Positions 1 through 8,621 are shown, numbered from the stretch's first letter. The stretch is 64,000 nucleotides of DNA from Nanobdellota archaeon (GCA_016931175.1 JAFGFH010000008.1:18477-82476); one strand, 5' to 3'. Numbers and translations: made by a program. The notes: generated by a model from the letters alone, not told the origin.

Positions 1-263
1 AGAAGGCAGTGATTGAAGACGTGCTTAGGGAGGTAGAGCCTTTATTAAAGAAGCGTGAAAAGCTTGAAGCTGCAAAGAAGAAGGAATTAAAGGATAATTA
101 TGAAGCCATGGGCCAGAGGATTAACAGAGAAGTCTCTGATGCTATTGCTGAACAGGTTCGCGATTACATAGATGATTTTAACAAGATGGAATTATTCCCT
201 AAGTGTGAGGAAGTATTGAGCGGATTCGTTCCTAAACTGCAGGAAAAGATTCAATTATTCTAA
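1..263 (+). CDS. Hypothetical protein, 3' fragment (ORF runs off the window start)
   Basis: Open frame from base 3 to the stop at 261-263. Charged, coiled-coil-like sequence with no recognisable motif. Confidence 0.3.
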   Translation, partial: KAVIEDVLREVEPLLKKREKLEAAKKKELKDNYEAMGQRINREVSDAIAEQVRDYIDDFNKMELFPKCEEVLSGFVPKLQEKIQLF

Positions 264-1171
264 ACCTGCTTGAATTCTATACTAGCATAATCAACGAAGT
301 TTTCATACTCGTCAGTTACTTCACCGCTAGTGTAATGTTTTAACAACTCTCCTTTGACGCGTTTGCCTTTCATGTTTCTAAGAACATTTATTAAAACAAT
401 TATGCTGTTTAACCCGCAGACAGTTAAAAGATTATCTTTAGCGTACTCAATAACTTTGTTAGTATCTAATTCAGTGATGTATTTTATTAACTCCCTGTCA
501 AGAACCTTAACCTTATCGCTTAACTCTTTTCCCCTCTCATTAAAAGGAATGAAACCGTAACCTACACCCACGTGTGAGAAGTCGCTTGAAGCAATGAATA
601 ATACTCTCTTACTGCTCTTCATCCAAGCCTTGAACAAGGCAGTTCCTAACTCCTTCAAACCCTCACTGTCAGTAAACCTTTTGCTGATAAGAATAGGCAC
701 AATGGTTGGCATCTTGTCTCCGTAAACGTATTTGAAGAAAGGCAGTTGAACCTCTAAACTATGCTCTTGAGAATGGCTTAAATCATCAGGCGTGAACACG
801 CCAGTCTTGAGTAACAATTCATTAAACTCTTTATCAACCTTAACCTCGCCTAATGGTGTCATCCATACACCTTCAGGGTATAATGAAGCAGTATCCCCGT
901 ATCCTGAATGGTTGGGTCCTAATAATACTATAATTTCAGGGTCACTGTTCTCTCCTATCCTGCGGAACGCGTGAGCTGCGCAGTAACCGCTGTAATCATA
1001 ACCAGCGTGGGGGATAATGAATGCTTTAAACTCGTCACTCTTCTTCACAAGGGGAGGGTTTGAAGGCCCGAACTTCTTGTCCAAGAAACACTTCTTAATC
1101 TGGCTCTTTAACTCTTTCTCAGAGCTTTTATAGAATATTCCGCTTACCGCTTCCTGCCTATAAGTTATCAT
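260..1171 (-). CDS. MEMO1-family protein (AmmeMemoRadiSam system protein B-like)
   Basis: 303-aa ORF. The IIPHAGYDYSG and LLGPNHSG motifs are typical of the Memo/dioxygenase-like family. Confidence 0.6.
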   Translation of the reverse strand: MITYRQEAVSGIFYKSSEKELKSQIKKCFLDKKFGPSNPPLVKKSDEFKAFIIPHAGYDYSGYCAAHAFRRIGENSDPEIIVLLGPNHSGYGDTASLYPEGVWMTPLGEVKVDKEFNELLLKTGVFTPDDLSHSQEHSLEVQLPFFKYVYGDKMPTIVPILISKRFTDSEGLKELGTALFKAWMKSSKRVLFIASSDFSHVGVGYGFIPFNERGKELSDKVKVLDRELIKYITELDTNKVIEYAKDNLLTVCGLNSIIVLINVLRNMKGKRVKGELLKHYTSGEVTDEYENFVDYASIEFKQV

Positions 1172-1805
1172 CTGTGAAGTCTTTTAATTCCGCATTATAC
1201 TCTTCATTGTTCTTAATCAAGCCTTTGTTCTTCAAATACTCCCTTCCTAGTATGTAATAAACTAAGGGGAGGCTCTTCTTGCTCTTATTATTGCATGGTA
1301 TTGCGAAATCTATATTCTCAACTGAATTGTTTGAACCAACAAGTCCAAGTATTGGTATGTTGCATAAGACAGCATCCTTAATAGCCTGCTTGTCATGCCA
1401 GGGGTCGCTGACAACTAATAGTTTAGGCTCTATGAACGCGCCGAACTCGGCATTAGTAATAGTTCCAGGCAAGTACCTGCCTATAACGCATCTCATTCCA
1501 GTAATCTCTGCAAGCTTCTTAACCGCTTTATGCCCAGTCTCTCTCCTGCAGACTAAAAGAATATCTTCAGGATTATAATCAGACAATAGTTTAGCTCCTA
1601 GTTTGAGCCTGTTGTCAACGCTTTCTATGTCAAGTATTTTAAGACCGCTCTGTTTAGTCTTGTAAATAAAATCACTGACACTCTTGTTCTTGTACTTGGT
1701 TCCAATATGAATTCCTGCCTTTAAGTACCAGTCTAGTGGAACTAGTAAGTTCTCAGACTCTGTCTGTTTAACATCCTGTTCTTCTTTATCCTTTTTAGCT
1801 GCCAT
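1158..1805 (-). CDS. rps2: 30S ribosomal protein S2 (uS2)
   Basis: 215-aa ORF with uS2-type conserved blocks (GIHIGT..., LLVVSDPWHDKQAIKDA). Sits at the position of the superoperon where S2 normally follows rpoK. Confidence 0.85.
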   Translation of the reverse strand: MAAKKDKEEQDVKQTESENLLVPLDWYLKAGIHIGTKYKNKSVSDFIYKTKQSGLKILDIESVDNRLKLGAKLLSDYNPEDILLVCRRETGHKAVKKLAEITGMRCVIGRYLPGTITNAEFGAFIEPKLLVVSDPWHDKQAIKDAVLCNIPILGLVGSNNSVENIDFAIPCNNKSKKSLPLVYYILGREYLKNKGLIKNNEEYNAELKDFTDDNL

Positions 1806-1809
1806 TTAA

Positions 1810-1983
1810 TCAGTCTCTTTTTATAGTTATAGGAATAACGTCTTCTTTCATCTCAAGTCTGGCAATGTTTATTGGGTTAAACTCATTCTTTGGTGTCTTA
1901 ATGAGTATTGGAGCGTCCATGCTTATCTGCAAAGCTCTGGCGCTTAATATCCTTGCTCTTTCAAACTTGTTATAATCCGACAT
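1810..1983 (-). CDS. rpoK: DNA-directed RNA polymerase subunit Rpo6/K (omega-like), 57 aa
   Basis: Not in the ORF track because it is under 60 aa. Hand translation gives MSDYNKFERARILSARALQISMDAPILIKTPKNEFNPINIARLEMKEDVIPITIKRD, which has the Rpo6/RpoK signature FERARILSARALQIS. Tightly packed between rrp42 and rps2. Confidence 0.7.
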   Translation of the reverse strand: MSDYNKFERARILSARALQISMDAPILIKTPKNEFNPINIARLEMKEDVIPITIKRD

Positions 1984-1989
1984 TTTTAC

Positions 1990-2775
1990 TCACTTTATTC
2001 CTTTAATTACTTCAACTATCTTTTCTCTTATTTTAAAACTTTTCGTTAAGCAGTTCCCAACTTCTTCAAGAGTGAAGCCTCCTTCTCCTCCTTTCTGCAA
2101 AGCGTTGATTTCCTTATCACTGCAGGTAACGGTTAGTCTCGCAGAAGCGCACTTCTCCTCTTCATTGTCAGGATCAACCATTATCTTATCCTCTATTTTA
2201 ACAAAAGTTATTGGTATTGGAACCCTTTTGAAAGGAACCTTTTCATCTGTCCATTCCCCGAGAACCACGTTCCCTTCCTCGTCAAGCTTAGGCATCCTCG
2301 CTGTTTTAAGAGCAGCTATTGAAGCCAAACCGCACGCGTCGATTAAGTTGCCCGCATTATTCAGTATGTAAAAGTCTACGAAGATGTTCCACACCTTCTC
2401 TCCTTCAACAATGCAAAGTTTTTCAAAATCAACAGCTTCACTTTCCCTGATTCCCCTGTCAACAACTCTTGACAACTCTATAGCATCCTCTCTAGGAGGT
2501 CCTGGTTCGAAGTCAGGGTCTGATATTGGACTTAACTCTCCAGAGCATATCAGGTTTCCCTTGTTTGGAGTGTCAGGGTAAGGAGTTCCTATGCTCATCT
2601 TAACCCCTGCCATTACAATAGTATCTCCTATGCTAACCTTAGCGCTTCCTTCAGCGTTCTTGCTCACGCCTGATTCTATTATAACATTCCTGAACTCTTC
2701 AAGCCCCCTGTTATCCGTGTTTCTCTTGTTCTTCTTTGCAAGTTCTATTATGTAATTCTTCACATCTTGACTCAT
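1990..2775 (-). CDS. rrp42: Exosome complex component Rrp42 (RNase PH-like, inactive subunit)
   Basis: 261 aa with an RNase PH fold pattern. Position is downstream of rrp41 in the superoperon. Confidence 0.8.
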   Translation of the reverse strand: MSQDVKNYIIELAKKNKRNTDNRGLEEFRNVIIESGVSKNAEGSAKVSIGDTIVMAGVKMSIGTPYPDTPNKGNLICSGELSPISDPDFEPGPPREDAIELSRVVDRGIRESEAVDFEKLCIVEGEKVWNIFVDFYILNNAGNLIDACGLASIAALKTARMPKLDEEGNVVLGEWTDEKVPFKRVPIPITFVKIEDKIMVDPDNEEEKCASARLTVTCSDKEINALQKGGEGGFTLEEVGNCLTKSFKIREKIVEVIKGIK

Positions 2776-4148
2776 TTTTTATCACTCTTTAATAATTGTT
2801 TTGCAATCTTGTCAGCTTCCTTAACCAATTCCTTGCTGACTACTCCTTCCTTTTCGTAATCTTCAAGCAAGTCTTTGCCAATAACTTCCTTGTTATCATC
2901 AGCAGTGTTAACCACTAATTCAAGGGATATTGCTACTGCCCTGTTAGACTGCAGTTCTATTGGAGTGTTTATTGAATAAAAGACTGCTTTTAATTCGTCA
3001 TCTTTAGAGTAAAACTCGTGCTTAACAAACCATTCATCATCTTTAATCAATGAATGCACGTAGTCTCCTCTTTCAACACTCATATTTATAGGTCTGAGAA
3101 CTGAACCGCTCTTAACAAACCTCTTAATTTTTATTACATTATTCTCTTTCTCAATGATTCTTCCCTTCAAAAAATTCGTAGAACCATTCATTTTATTCTC
3201 TGCTATTAAGTAAATGTCTCCTAATTTAGCACCTTTCTCGCTCGTGAATTCAGCAATCTTCTCATTTATCTTCTTCTCGTTTAGCTTTTCTTTTATTAAG
3301 TTCTCGCTGAAGTCAACAATGTTGGCGAAGATGTCAGTCTTTAAACTGTGATGGTTCTCAATTGTTGGCTTTATCTCCCTTCTTAATTTGTCAAGCTCCT
3401 GCTTTGTCTCCTTGTCAAACCTTATATAACAAGTCATTACTCCTTTGCTTAAGACTTTAATATTGTCCTCTTTCTCAAATGCTCTCTTTATATTAGCATA
3501 ACCTTCGTACAAGTCTTTAATCTCTTTCACAAGCTCTTCTTTTTTCTTGCTCGCAGCGCTCGTCTTCCATAAAGCACCCCATCCTTCCTCACAGTTCTCT
3601 TCAGCAACGTTGTTTAACAAGTTAATCACTTCCTTGTCTTTTATGTTATTTGATATCTTAGTGAATCCTTTCTGGATTAGTACAACATTGTTGCCGAACA
3701 AGTGTATCTTGGTTGATAACACGTAACAGTCCTTCTCTTCATTCTTTAACTGGACTAGTATCTTCTCGCCCTCTTTCACATAACCCCAGTAATCCTTCAA
3801 AGGCAATAGTCCAATCTTTTTCAAACCTAAGTCAACGTGTATGTTCTTAGTGTTAGGGTCTAATTTGATTATTTTTCCCAAATACAAGTGTCCGCTGGTT
3901 TCAGTCTGGATTACTGCATTCTTAAACTTTCTGAATATCTCGCAGACCTTATCCGCTTCTTCTCCTTTAACTATGATGCCTCCCTTGTCTGAGAAATCGT
4001 GAATCATAGTTGTGTAGTCTTCAGCAAACTTTGCCTTGCTGAAGCTTGCCCTGACATTATCACTTGGTTGTGCAACACTCATCTTATTCTTTAATAACAA
4101 GTTAGTTATTGCACTGCTGTAGATTCCTCTTATTTTAACTCCGCTCAT
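2772..4148 (-). CDS. FAU-1-like RNA-binding protein / RNase E/G-like ribonuclease
   Basis: 458 aa. The N-terminus MSGVKIRGIYSSAITNLLL...VAQPS resembles the conserved start of archaeal FAU-1 (RGIYSTAL...QPS). The size is typical of that family. Assigned from memory of the family, not a search. Confidence 0.45.
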   Translation of the reverse strand: MSGVKIRGIYSSAITNLLLKNKMSVAQPSDNVRASFSKAKFAEDYTTMIHDFSDKGGIIVKGEEADKVCEIFRKFKNAVIQTETSGHLYLGKIIKLDPNTKNIHVDLGLKKIGLLPLKDYWGYVKEGEKILVQLKNEEKDCYVLSTKIHLFGNNVVLIQKGFTKISNNIKDKEVINLLNNVAEENCEEGWGALWKTSAASKKKEELVKEIKDLYEGYANIKRAFEKEDNIKVLSKGVMTCYIRFDKETKQELDKLRREIKPTIENHHSLKTDIFANIVDFSENLIKEKLNEKKINEKIAEFTSEKGAKLGDIYLIAENKMNGSTNFLKGRIIEKENNVIKIKRFVKSGSVLRPINMSVERGDYVHSLIKDDEWFVKHEFYSKDDELKAVFYSINTPIELQSNRAVAISLELVVNTADDNKEVIGKDLLEDYEKEGVVSKELVKEADKIAKQLLKSDKK

Positions 4149-4855
4149 TTTGTCTCATACCTCTTTTTGAAAACGTCTTTCATCATTTTGTGAATCTCTT
4201 CACAACCCTTGATTCCAAGCTTTATTGCTTCCATTAAATCCTTCTCACTTATCTTACCATCTAATTGAAGCAGTGTTATCTCCTTCTCGCTTGGTATGTA
4301 AGCTATTGGGATGTCAGTCGCGCCTTCACCGTCGTGAACATCCTCTTCCTGCTTTGTTAAATCCAAACAGATTAAATCATCTATTTTCCCGCACGCAACT
4401 GCTGGCACGAAATCTCTCATCTCAATGCCTGCATCAGCAACTGCTAAACTAGCAGCTATTATCGCCGCGCACCTGCTTCCCGCGTCAGCCTGAACTATTT
4501 CAACAAAGACTTCAATCATACTCATAGGGTATTTCTCTACGAATATTGATCTCTCAATAGCATTCTTTATAACAAGACCTAATTCAATGCTTCTCCTGCT
4601 TGGACCAGGTCTTGCTCTGTCAGTAACGCTGAAACTCACAAGGTCGTAATAGCACCTTATTAATAATTTGTCTTTAAGCTCTGCATGCTTAGGCCTTACT
4701 TTTCTTGGCCCGTAAACTCCTGCAATAGCTACAGTCTTTCCAACCTGGACTCTAGCGCTTCCAGTACAGTTTGGCAGTATGCCAACACTCATCTCTACTG
4801 GTCTTAACTCGTCAGCTTTTCTGCCGTCAAATCTTCCTGTTTTTTTGTAACTCAT
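4145..4855 (-). CDS. rrp41: Exosome complex exonuclease Rrp41 (RNase PH catalytic subunit)
   Basis: 236 aa RNase PH domain with phosphate-binding region (RADGR-like RPVEM..., GSA...G). Start overlaps rrp4 by 4 nt. Confidence 0.85.
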   Translation of the reverse strand: MSYKKTGRFDGRKADELRPVEMSVGILPNCTGSARVQVGKTVAIAGVYGPRKVRPKHAELKDKLLIRCYYDLVSFSVTDRARPGPSRRSIELGLVIKNAIERSIFVEKYPMSMIEVFVEIVQADAGSRCAAIIAASLAVADAGIEMRDFVPAVACGKIDDLICLDLTKQEEDVHDGEGATDIPIAYIPSEKEITLLQLDGKISEKDLMEAIKLGIKGCEEIHKMMKDVFKKRYETK

Positions 4856-5544
4856 CTATTACCACCTTTGTTTAATAAGTCTTCAATCTTCTTGGTTAAA
4901 CCACTTATGTGACTCTCATTATTTATTATGCTGATAACTTCCTTAACTTTTTTAACATCATCAGCGTTTCCTTTAATCCAGACGTACCCGTTGTCGCCAA
5001 CGTATATTGTAGTCTTGGTCTTCTTCTCTATCATATCAACCATGCTTCCTTTAGTCCCCATAAGTCTTGGAACCTTAGGAGGATCGATTCTTGCAAGAAC
5101 TCCTCCTTCTAATTTTTTCAAATCAGGTTCTTTAAGTGTTAATCCAATCTTTTTGCTCTCAGTTAATTCAATAATCTTGGCAAATATTACGTCGCCGTAA
5201 TTGAAGTAGTGAGTCATGTCATACCTGTCCGTGTCTATGTAATCCCTGCTTGCCTCGCTTATTCTAAGCCCGGCATCGTAAGGGCAGCCTATGTCAACGA
5301 ACCAGTTAGAAAAATTCATGTCAGTAACTATTCCAACAACGTAATCATCTTTTTGAGGATTATACTCTCCTCCTAGTTTTACTACTCTAATATTATTGTC
5401 TTTAATATTAACTATTCCAACAACACTAGAGTATACTTTGCTGCCTTTATTGTAAGAACCGTCTCTTGCAGCAAAACCTTCACCATCAGCTATTAATTCC
5501 CCAGGGGTTACGATGGTTTTATTCTCTAATAATATTTTTTCCAT
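4852..5544 (-). CDS. rrp4: Exosome RNA-binding subunit Rrp4 (S1 + KH domains)
   Basis: 230 aa. N-terminal VTPGELIA, S1-like middle and C-terminal KH (GTKGSMVDMI). Confidence 0.8.
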   Translation of the reverse strand: MEKILLENKTIVTPGELIADGEGFAARDGSYNKGSKVYSSVVGIVNIKDNNIRVVKLGGEYNPQKDDYVVGIVTDMNFSNWFVDIGCPYDAGLRISEASRDYIDTDRYDMTHYFNYGDVIFAKIIELTESKKIGLTLKEPDLKKLEGGVLARIDPPKVPRLMGTKGSMVDMIEKKTKTTIYVGDNGYVWIKGNADDVKKVKEVISIINNESHISGLTKKIEDLLNKGGNR

Positions 5545-5554
5545 TTTGAAAACT

Positions 5555-6256
5555 TCACCTCAATTTTATACTAACTTCTCCATGAGTAATATTATTCAAT
5601 TTGTTAATAAACTCGTCCTGCAGGCCTCCAGGTATTCTTATGACAAAACTCCAGGAACCGTTGCCTCCCCACTCACTCTTTAATATCTTGCCATACTTGC
5701 TTACTATACCATTAGCTTTTCCCGCGAACTGCGCAGGTATTATTCCTTCAATCTCTTTCTCTTCAAACCTTATTGGGAGAATAGGGCGAAGCGTTTCAAG
5801 CACTGCTTCAACCTGTTCTTCCGCGTTTTTGAAAGGGTCAAAGTTGAAGCTTGCCTGCTCTAATGCAAGTTCTATCCTGGATACTGGTATTGGGAGATTA
5901 TTCCTTGGGTCAATACCATTCCTGCTTATTATGTTTATTACTTCTCTCTGCTTCTGCTCTTTAAGCTTGTTCTTGTATTCAGTAGTTAACTGAATGTGTC
6001 CTTTTGTTATTATCTCATCAGCTATTGTTTCAATATTATCTGTCCCGAAATGCTTTTCAAGCTCGGGTGCGATATCTCCTTTTCTAGCGTCTGAGAATAT
6101 TTTTTCAACCTCAAGAGCTTCACGAACGTCAGTGATTAATCCCTTCCTGTAATCCATTGCTTTTTCAGGTATTAATAATACTTCGAATGTTAAACTGTCT
6201 TTTTTCAGTGTAGCAATGTGATGAGTTTGCTTTTTCTGCTCAAATACTTTCCTCAT
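5555..6256 (-). CDS. SBDS-family ribosome maturation protein (Sdo1)
   Basis: 233 aa. Conserved superoperon position between psmA and rrp4, with SBDS-like N-terminal FYSH-type region. Confidence 0.75.
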   Translation of the reverse strand: MRKVFEQKKQTHHIATLKKDSLTFEVLLIPEKAMDYRKGLITDVREALEVEKIFSDARKGDIAPELEKHFGTDNIETIADEIITKGHIQLTTEYKNKLKEQKQREVINIISRNGIDPRNNLPIPVSRIELALEQASFNFDPFKNAEEQVEAVLETLRPILPIRFEEKEIEGIIPAQFAGKANGIVSKYGKILKSEWGGNGSWSFVIRIPGGLQDEFINKLNNITHGEVSIKLR

Positions 6257-6963
6257 AATTTAGTTTTTAACTTTTTCAAATCTATCTTGGTGAACATTTT
6301 AGTGGTAGTATCAACGTATGCGCCTTCAACCCTGTCAAGATCAAACTTGCCATTCAATCCATTCTTCAATGCGTTTATTGCAAGTTTAAGCGCTTCTTCG
6401 TAAGAGAGGTTTTCTTTATAATTCTTGTTTAAGTAATCTATTATCTCTCTGCTATTTGCTCCAATAGCTCCTGCCTTAAGTTCAAAAAAGACCCCGCTAA
6501 CCTCTGTCATGAACAGGTGAGGTTCTTCATCAACCCCTGCTATTAACAGGCTTACTCCAAAAGGCCTCATTCCTCCATACTGGGTGAATGCCTGCTTCTG
6601 GTTGCAAACGTCTTTAACTAAACCCTTAACATCCATTGCTTCATCATAAGTTGTCTTATGATTCTGAGCTACTTGCTGAGCCCTGTCAATCAATACTCTG
6701 CCGTCGCTAGGCAATCCGCTTATTGCGGCACCGACGTGGTCGTCGATTTTAATTATCTTTTCTACGCTTGAAGGTATGACTAGTTTTTCTAGTATTCTCT
6801 TATCAACTAGTAATAAAACTCCTCCTTTGTACAAGATACCTATAGCAGGCGTTCCTTGATTAACAGTCTCTTTAGCGTATTCTACCTGTAAAAGTCTGCC
6901 GTCCGGGGAGAAGACTGTAATTGCTCTATCGTACCCCATAACGTCACCAGGAAAATTTGCCAT
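6253..6963 (-). CDS. psmA: Proteasome subunit alpha
   Basis: 236 aa. N-terminal YDRAITVFSPDGRLLQVEYA is the canonical proteasome alpha signature. Confidence 0.9.
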   Translation of the reverse strand: MANFPGDVMGYDRAITVFSPDGRLLQVEYAKETVNQGTPAIGILYKGGVLLLVDKRILEKLVIPSSVEKIIKIDDHVGAAISGLPSDGRVLIDRAQQVAQNHKTTYDEAMDVKGLVKDVCNQKQAFTQYGGMRPFGVSLLIAGVDEEPHLFMTEVSGVFFELKAGAIGANSREIIDYLNKNYKENLSYEEALKLAINALKNGLNGKFDLDRVEGAYVDTTTKMFTKIDLKKLKTKL

Positions 6964-7273
6964 GTTTTAACTTTTCACCTTTAATTTTTTTTATTATACC
7001 GCTGGTCTTCAGCGTGTTTATTACAACTCTTTTACCATTAATAACTCTTATCAAAGAGAGAATGTTTATCATCTCATCCTTGAATTTAGGATTCACGCGC
7101 ACAATATTAGTGCCTACGAGCATAACACCCGCCCTGCTGAACCCTTCCTCCCCAAGGAGTTCAAGAGTCTTCTGGTATATACTATTCTTTACTTCGTCTT
7201 TAAAAACCTTTTCCTCACCGATTACCTCGAACAGAATATACCTCTTCTTCTCCCTAGAACTTGGTAAAATCAT
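6944..7273 (-). CDS. rnp2: RNase P protein component 2 (Pop5/Rpp14)
   Basis: The KKRYILFEV motif is typical of Pop5. Start chosen at the internal Met (MILPSSREKKRY). A TATA-like TTTAAAATA lies about 25 nt upstream on the minus strand. Confidence 0.65.
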   Translation of the reverse strand: MILPSSREKKRYILFEVIGEEKVFKDEVKNSIYQKTLELLGEEGFSRAGVMLVGTNIVRVNPKFKDEMINILSLIRVINGKRVVINTLKTSGIIKKIKGEKLKHGKFSW

Positions 7274-7305
7274 ATTATAATTAAAGATTATAGAGTATTT
7301 TAAAC

Positions 7306-7722
7306 TTACCAATCACTTGTTAATGAATAAGATTCAGGCCTCCAAACTGCACTTTTTAAGAATCTGCTGTCAATATCGTAATGGTTTATGTAAATTCTAG
7401 TGAAAGGCATGTAATCCCTTAAGAAATTAAGAGCTATTGGCAGTATTAAAGACTCATCTTCTTTTAAAGACTGGGATTTAACCAGGAGCGAGGGGGTGTG
7501 AATCAAAATGTGTTCATCCTCAGCGGGCAAGTACTCTAACCCTTTCTCATTATTTTTATGAACAATGCTAGAGAAATAAATCTCTAACGCTTCTTCATTA
7601 CTTACATGGTTCACCATTAAGCATTCAAAACCTTTCGGAGGGCTAATCTTTGAAATACTAACTTGTTCATCGAATAAGTCACACAAGCACCTTCTTATAT
7701 TATCAAGAACATTAGCGTTCAT
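7306..7722 (-). CDS. Hypothetical protein (138 aa), second gene of a two-gene insert between rnp3 and rnp2
   Basis: ORF with protein-like composition and no recognisable motif. Lies 5 nt downstream of the preceding ORF, in a different frame. Confidence 0.4.
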   Translation of the reverse strand: MNANVLDNIRRCLCDLFDEQVSISKISPPKGFECLMVNHVSNEEALEIYFSSIVHKNNEKGLEYLPAEDEHILIHTPSLLVKSQSLKEDESLILPIALNFLRDYMPFTRIYINHYDIDSRFLKSAVWRPESYSLTSDW

Positions 7723-7727
7723 TATAA

Positions 7728-8057
7728 TTAAACCTCGATTATGCGTGCACCAGGCATTACTTGTTTAATCTCTCCTATAATAAAATCTTTGCAGCTGCCT
7801 TCATATTCCAGCTTGAAATAACCTTCACTAGTATAAGTAACGTAACTAACCTCGTAATCCCTTGTTCTTTCAGTTATTAATAGAACATAACATTGATTAT
7901 TTAAATAAGAGTTGACACTCATTAAATCATCATCAGTGAATAATCTATCAAGGTTGTCTTTTAAATGCCTTAAAGGGTTATCAATAGGTATAACAACTTC
8001 ATCCCTTTTTACCTTGCTACTCAAACAACTCATTCCAATAGCAGGATGCATAAACAA
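7728..8057 (-). CDS. Hypothetical protein (109 aa), first gene of a two-gene insert between rnp3 and rnp2
   Basis: ORF preceded on the minus strand by GGTTTATAATAAG, a TATA-like box about 30 nt upstream of the ATG. Confidence 0.4.
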   Translation of the reverse strand: MFMHPAIGMSCLSSKVKRDEVVIPIDNPLRHLKDNLDRLFTDDDLMSVNSYLNNQCYVLLITERTRDYEVSYVTYTSEGYFKLEYEGSCKDFIIGEIKQVMPGARIIEV

Positions 8058-8083
8058 AATTACTAAAAAGTTCTTATTATAAA

Positions 8084-8105
8084 CCTTGCCTTTTTTTTAT
8101 CAAGG
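8084..8105 (-). terminator. Hairpin with oligo-U loop overlapping the rnp3 stop codon (CCTTG-AUAAAAAAAAGG-CAAGG)
   Basis: 5-bp inverted repeat CCTTG/CAAGG flanking an A/T run. On the minus strand it reads through the TGA stop of the upstream gene and precedes the promoter of the next ORF. Confidence 0.3.
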
Positions 8106-8621
8106 AAATATCTTGTTAAAACTTTTTTTTACCCTGCTGAAATTATCAATACCTAAACTCTTTGCCCAAGTCTTAATCTCTAAACCGTTAAATAATTCAT
8201 ACCTGTTCTTGGCGCAGCTGGCGAATAATACAGGCATGTCATACTTAATTGCGCGCCTCATGTTCTCCTTCATCCTTCTAATAATAACTGCCCGCTTATC
8301 GCCTGAAGTATTTAATAACAATCCTAAATTGAAAACTGCTGCTATCTTCTTCTCAGCCATTATCTTGGCAATCGTGTCATCAATGCCAGCCCTCGGGTAA
8401 TGAAGACTGTCCTTTTCATGAATTAGTTCACTGTTTATTACGCCGAAAGGAAGCATCTGCTCAACTGCTTTGCGCAATAATTTAGAATCCTTTGTGTCCA
8501 GGAATACAATATTTTTCCTGTCAAATTTTAAATCACTCTTAATCACAGCACTGCCTACTGTAATATTAAAGACTTTCTTATCATCCTCACTAATATTATA
8601 CAATACGCAGGCATCAAACAT
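8100..8621 (-). CDS. rnp3: RNase P protein component 3 (Rpp30-like), short form
   Basis: 173 aa. The block GIDDTIAKIMAEKKIAAVFNLGLLL...S.A matches the conserved Rpp30 pattern GID..AKLM...A.GF.L..LL. It is the first gene of the superoperon. Confidence 0.5.
   Translation of the reverse strand: MFDACVLYNISEDDKKVFNITVGSAVIKSDLKFDRKNIVFLDTKDSKLLRKAVEQMLPFGVINSELIHEKDSLHYPRAGIDDTIAKIMAEKKIAAVFNLGLLLNTSGDKRAVIIRRMKENMRRAIKYDMPVLFASCAKNRYELFNGLEIKTWAKSLGIDNFSRVKKSFNKIFP

Noticed and set aside
6944-7312. Full 122-aa version of the Pop5 ORF starting at 7312.
   Set aside because: The conserved Pop5 N-terminus (LP..REKKRYILFEV) begins at the internal Met, and a TATA-like box sits about 25 nt upstream of that Met. 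The longer version would overlap the upstream ORF's stop and promoter.
7306-8057. The 109-aa and 138-aa ORFs (5 nt apart, different frames) as a frameshifted or split Rpp30 gene.
   Set aside because: A separate ORF immediately upstream (8100-8621) carries the conserved Rpp30 core block (GIDDTIAKIMAEKKIAAVFNLGLLL). The two small ORFs therefore lie between rnp3 and rnp2 and are not Rpp30 fragments. A -1 shift would fuse them, but there is no slippery site and no homology support.
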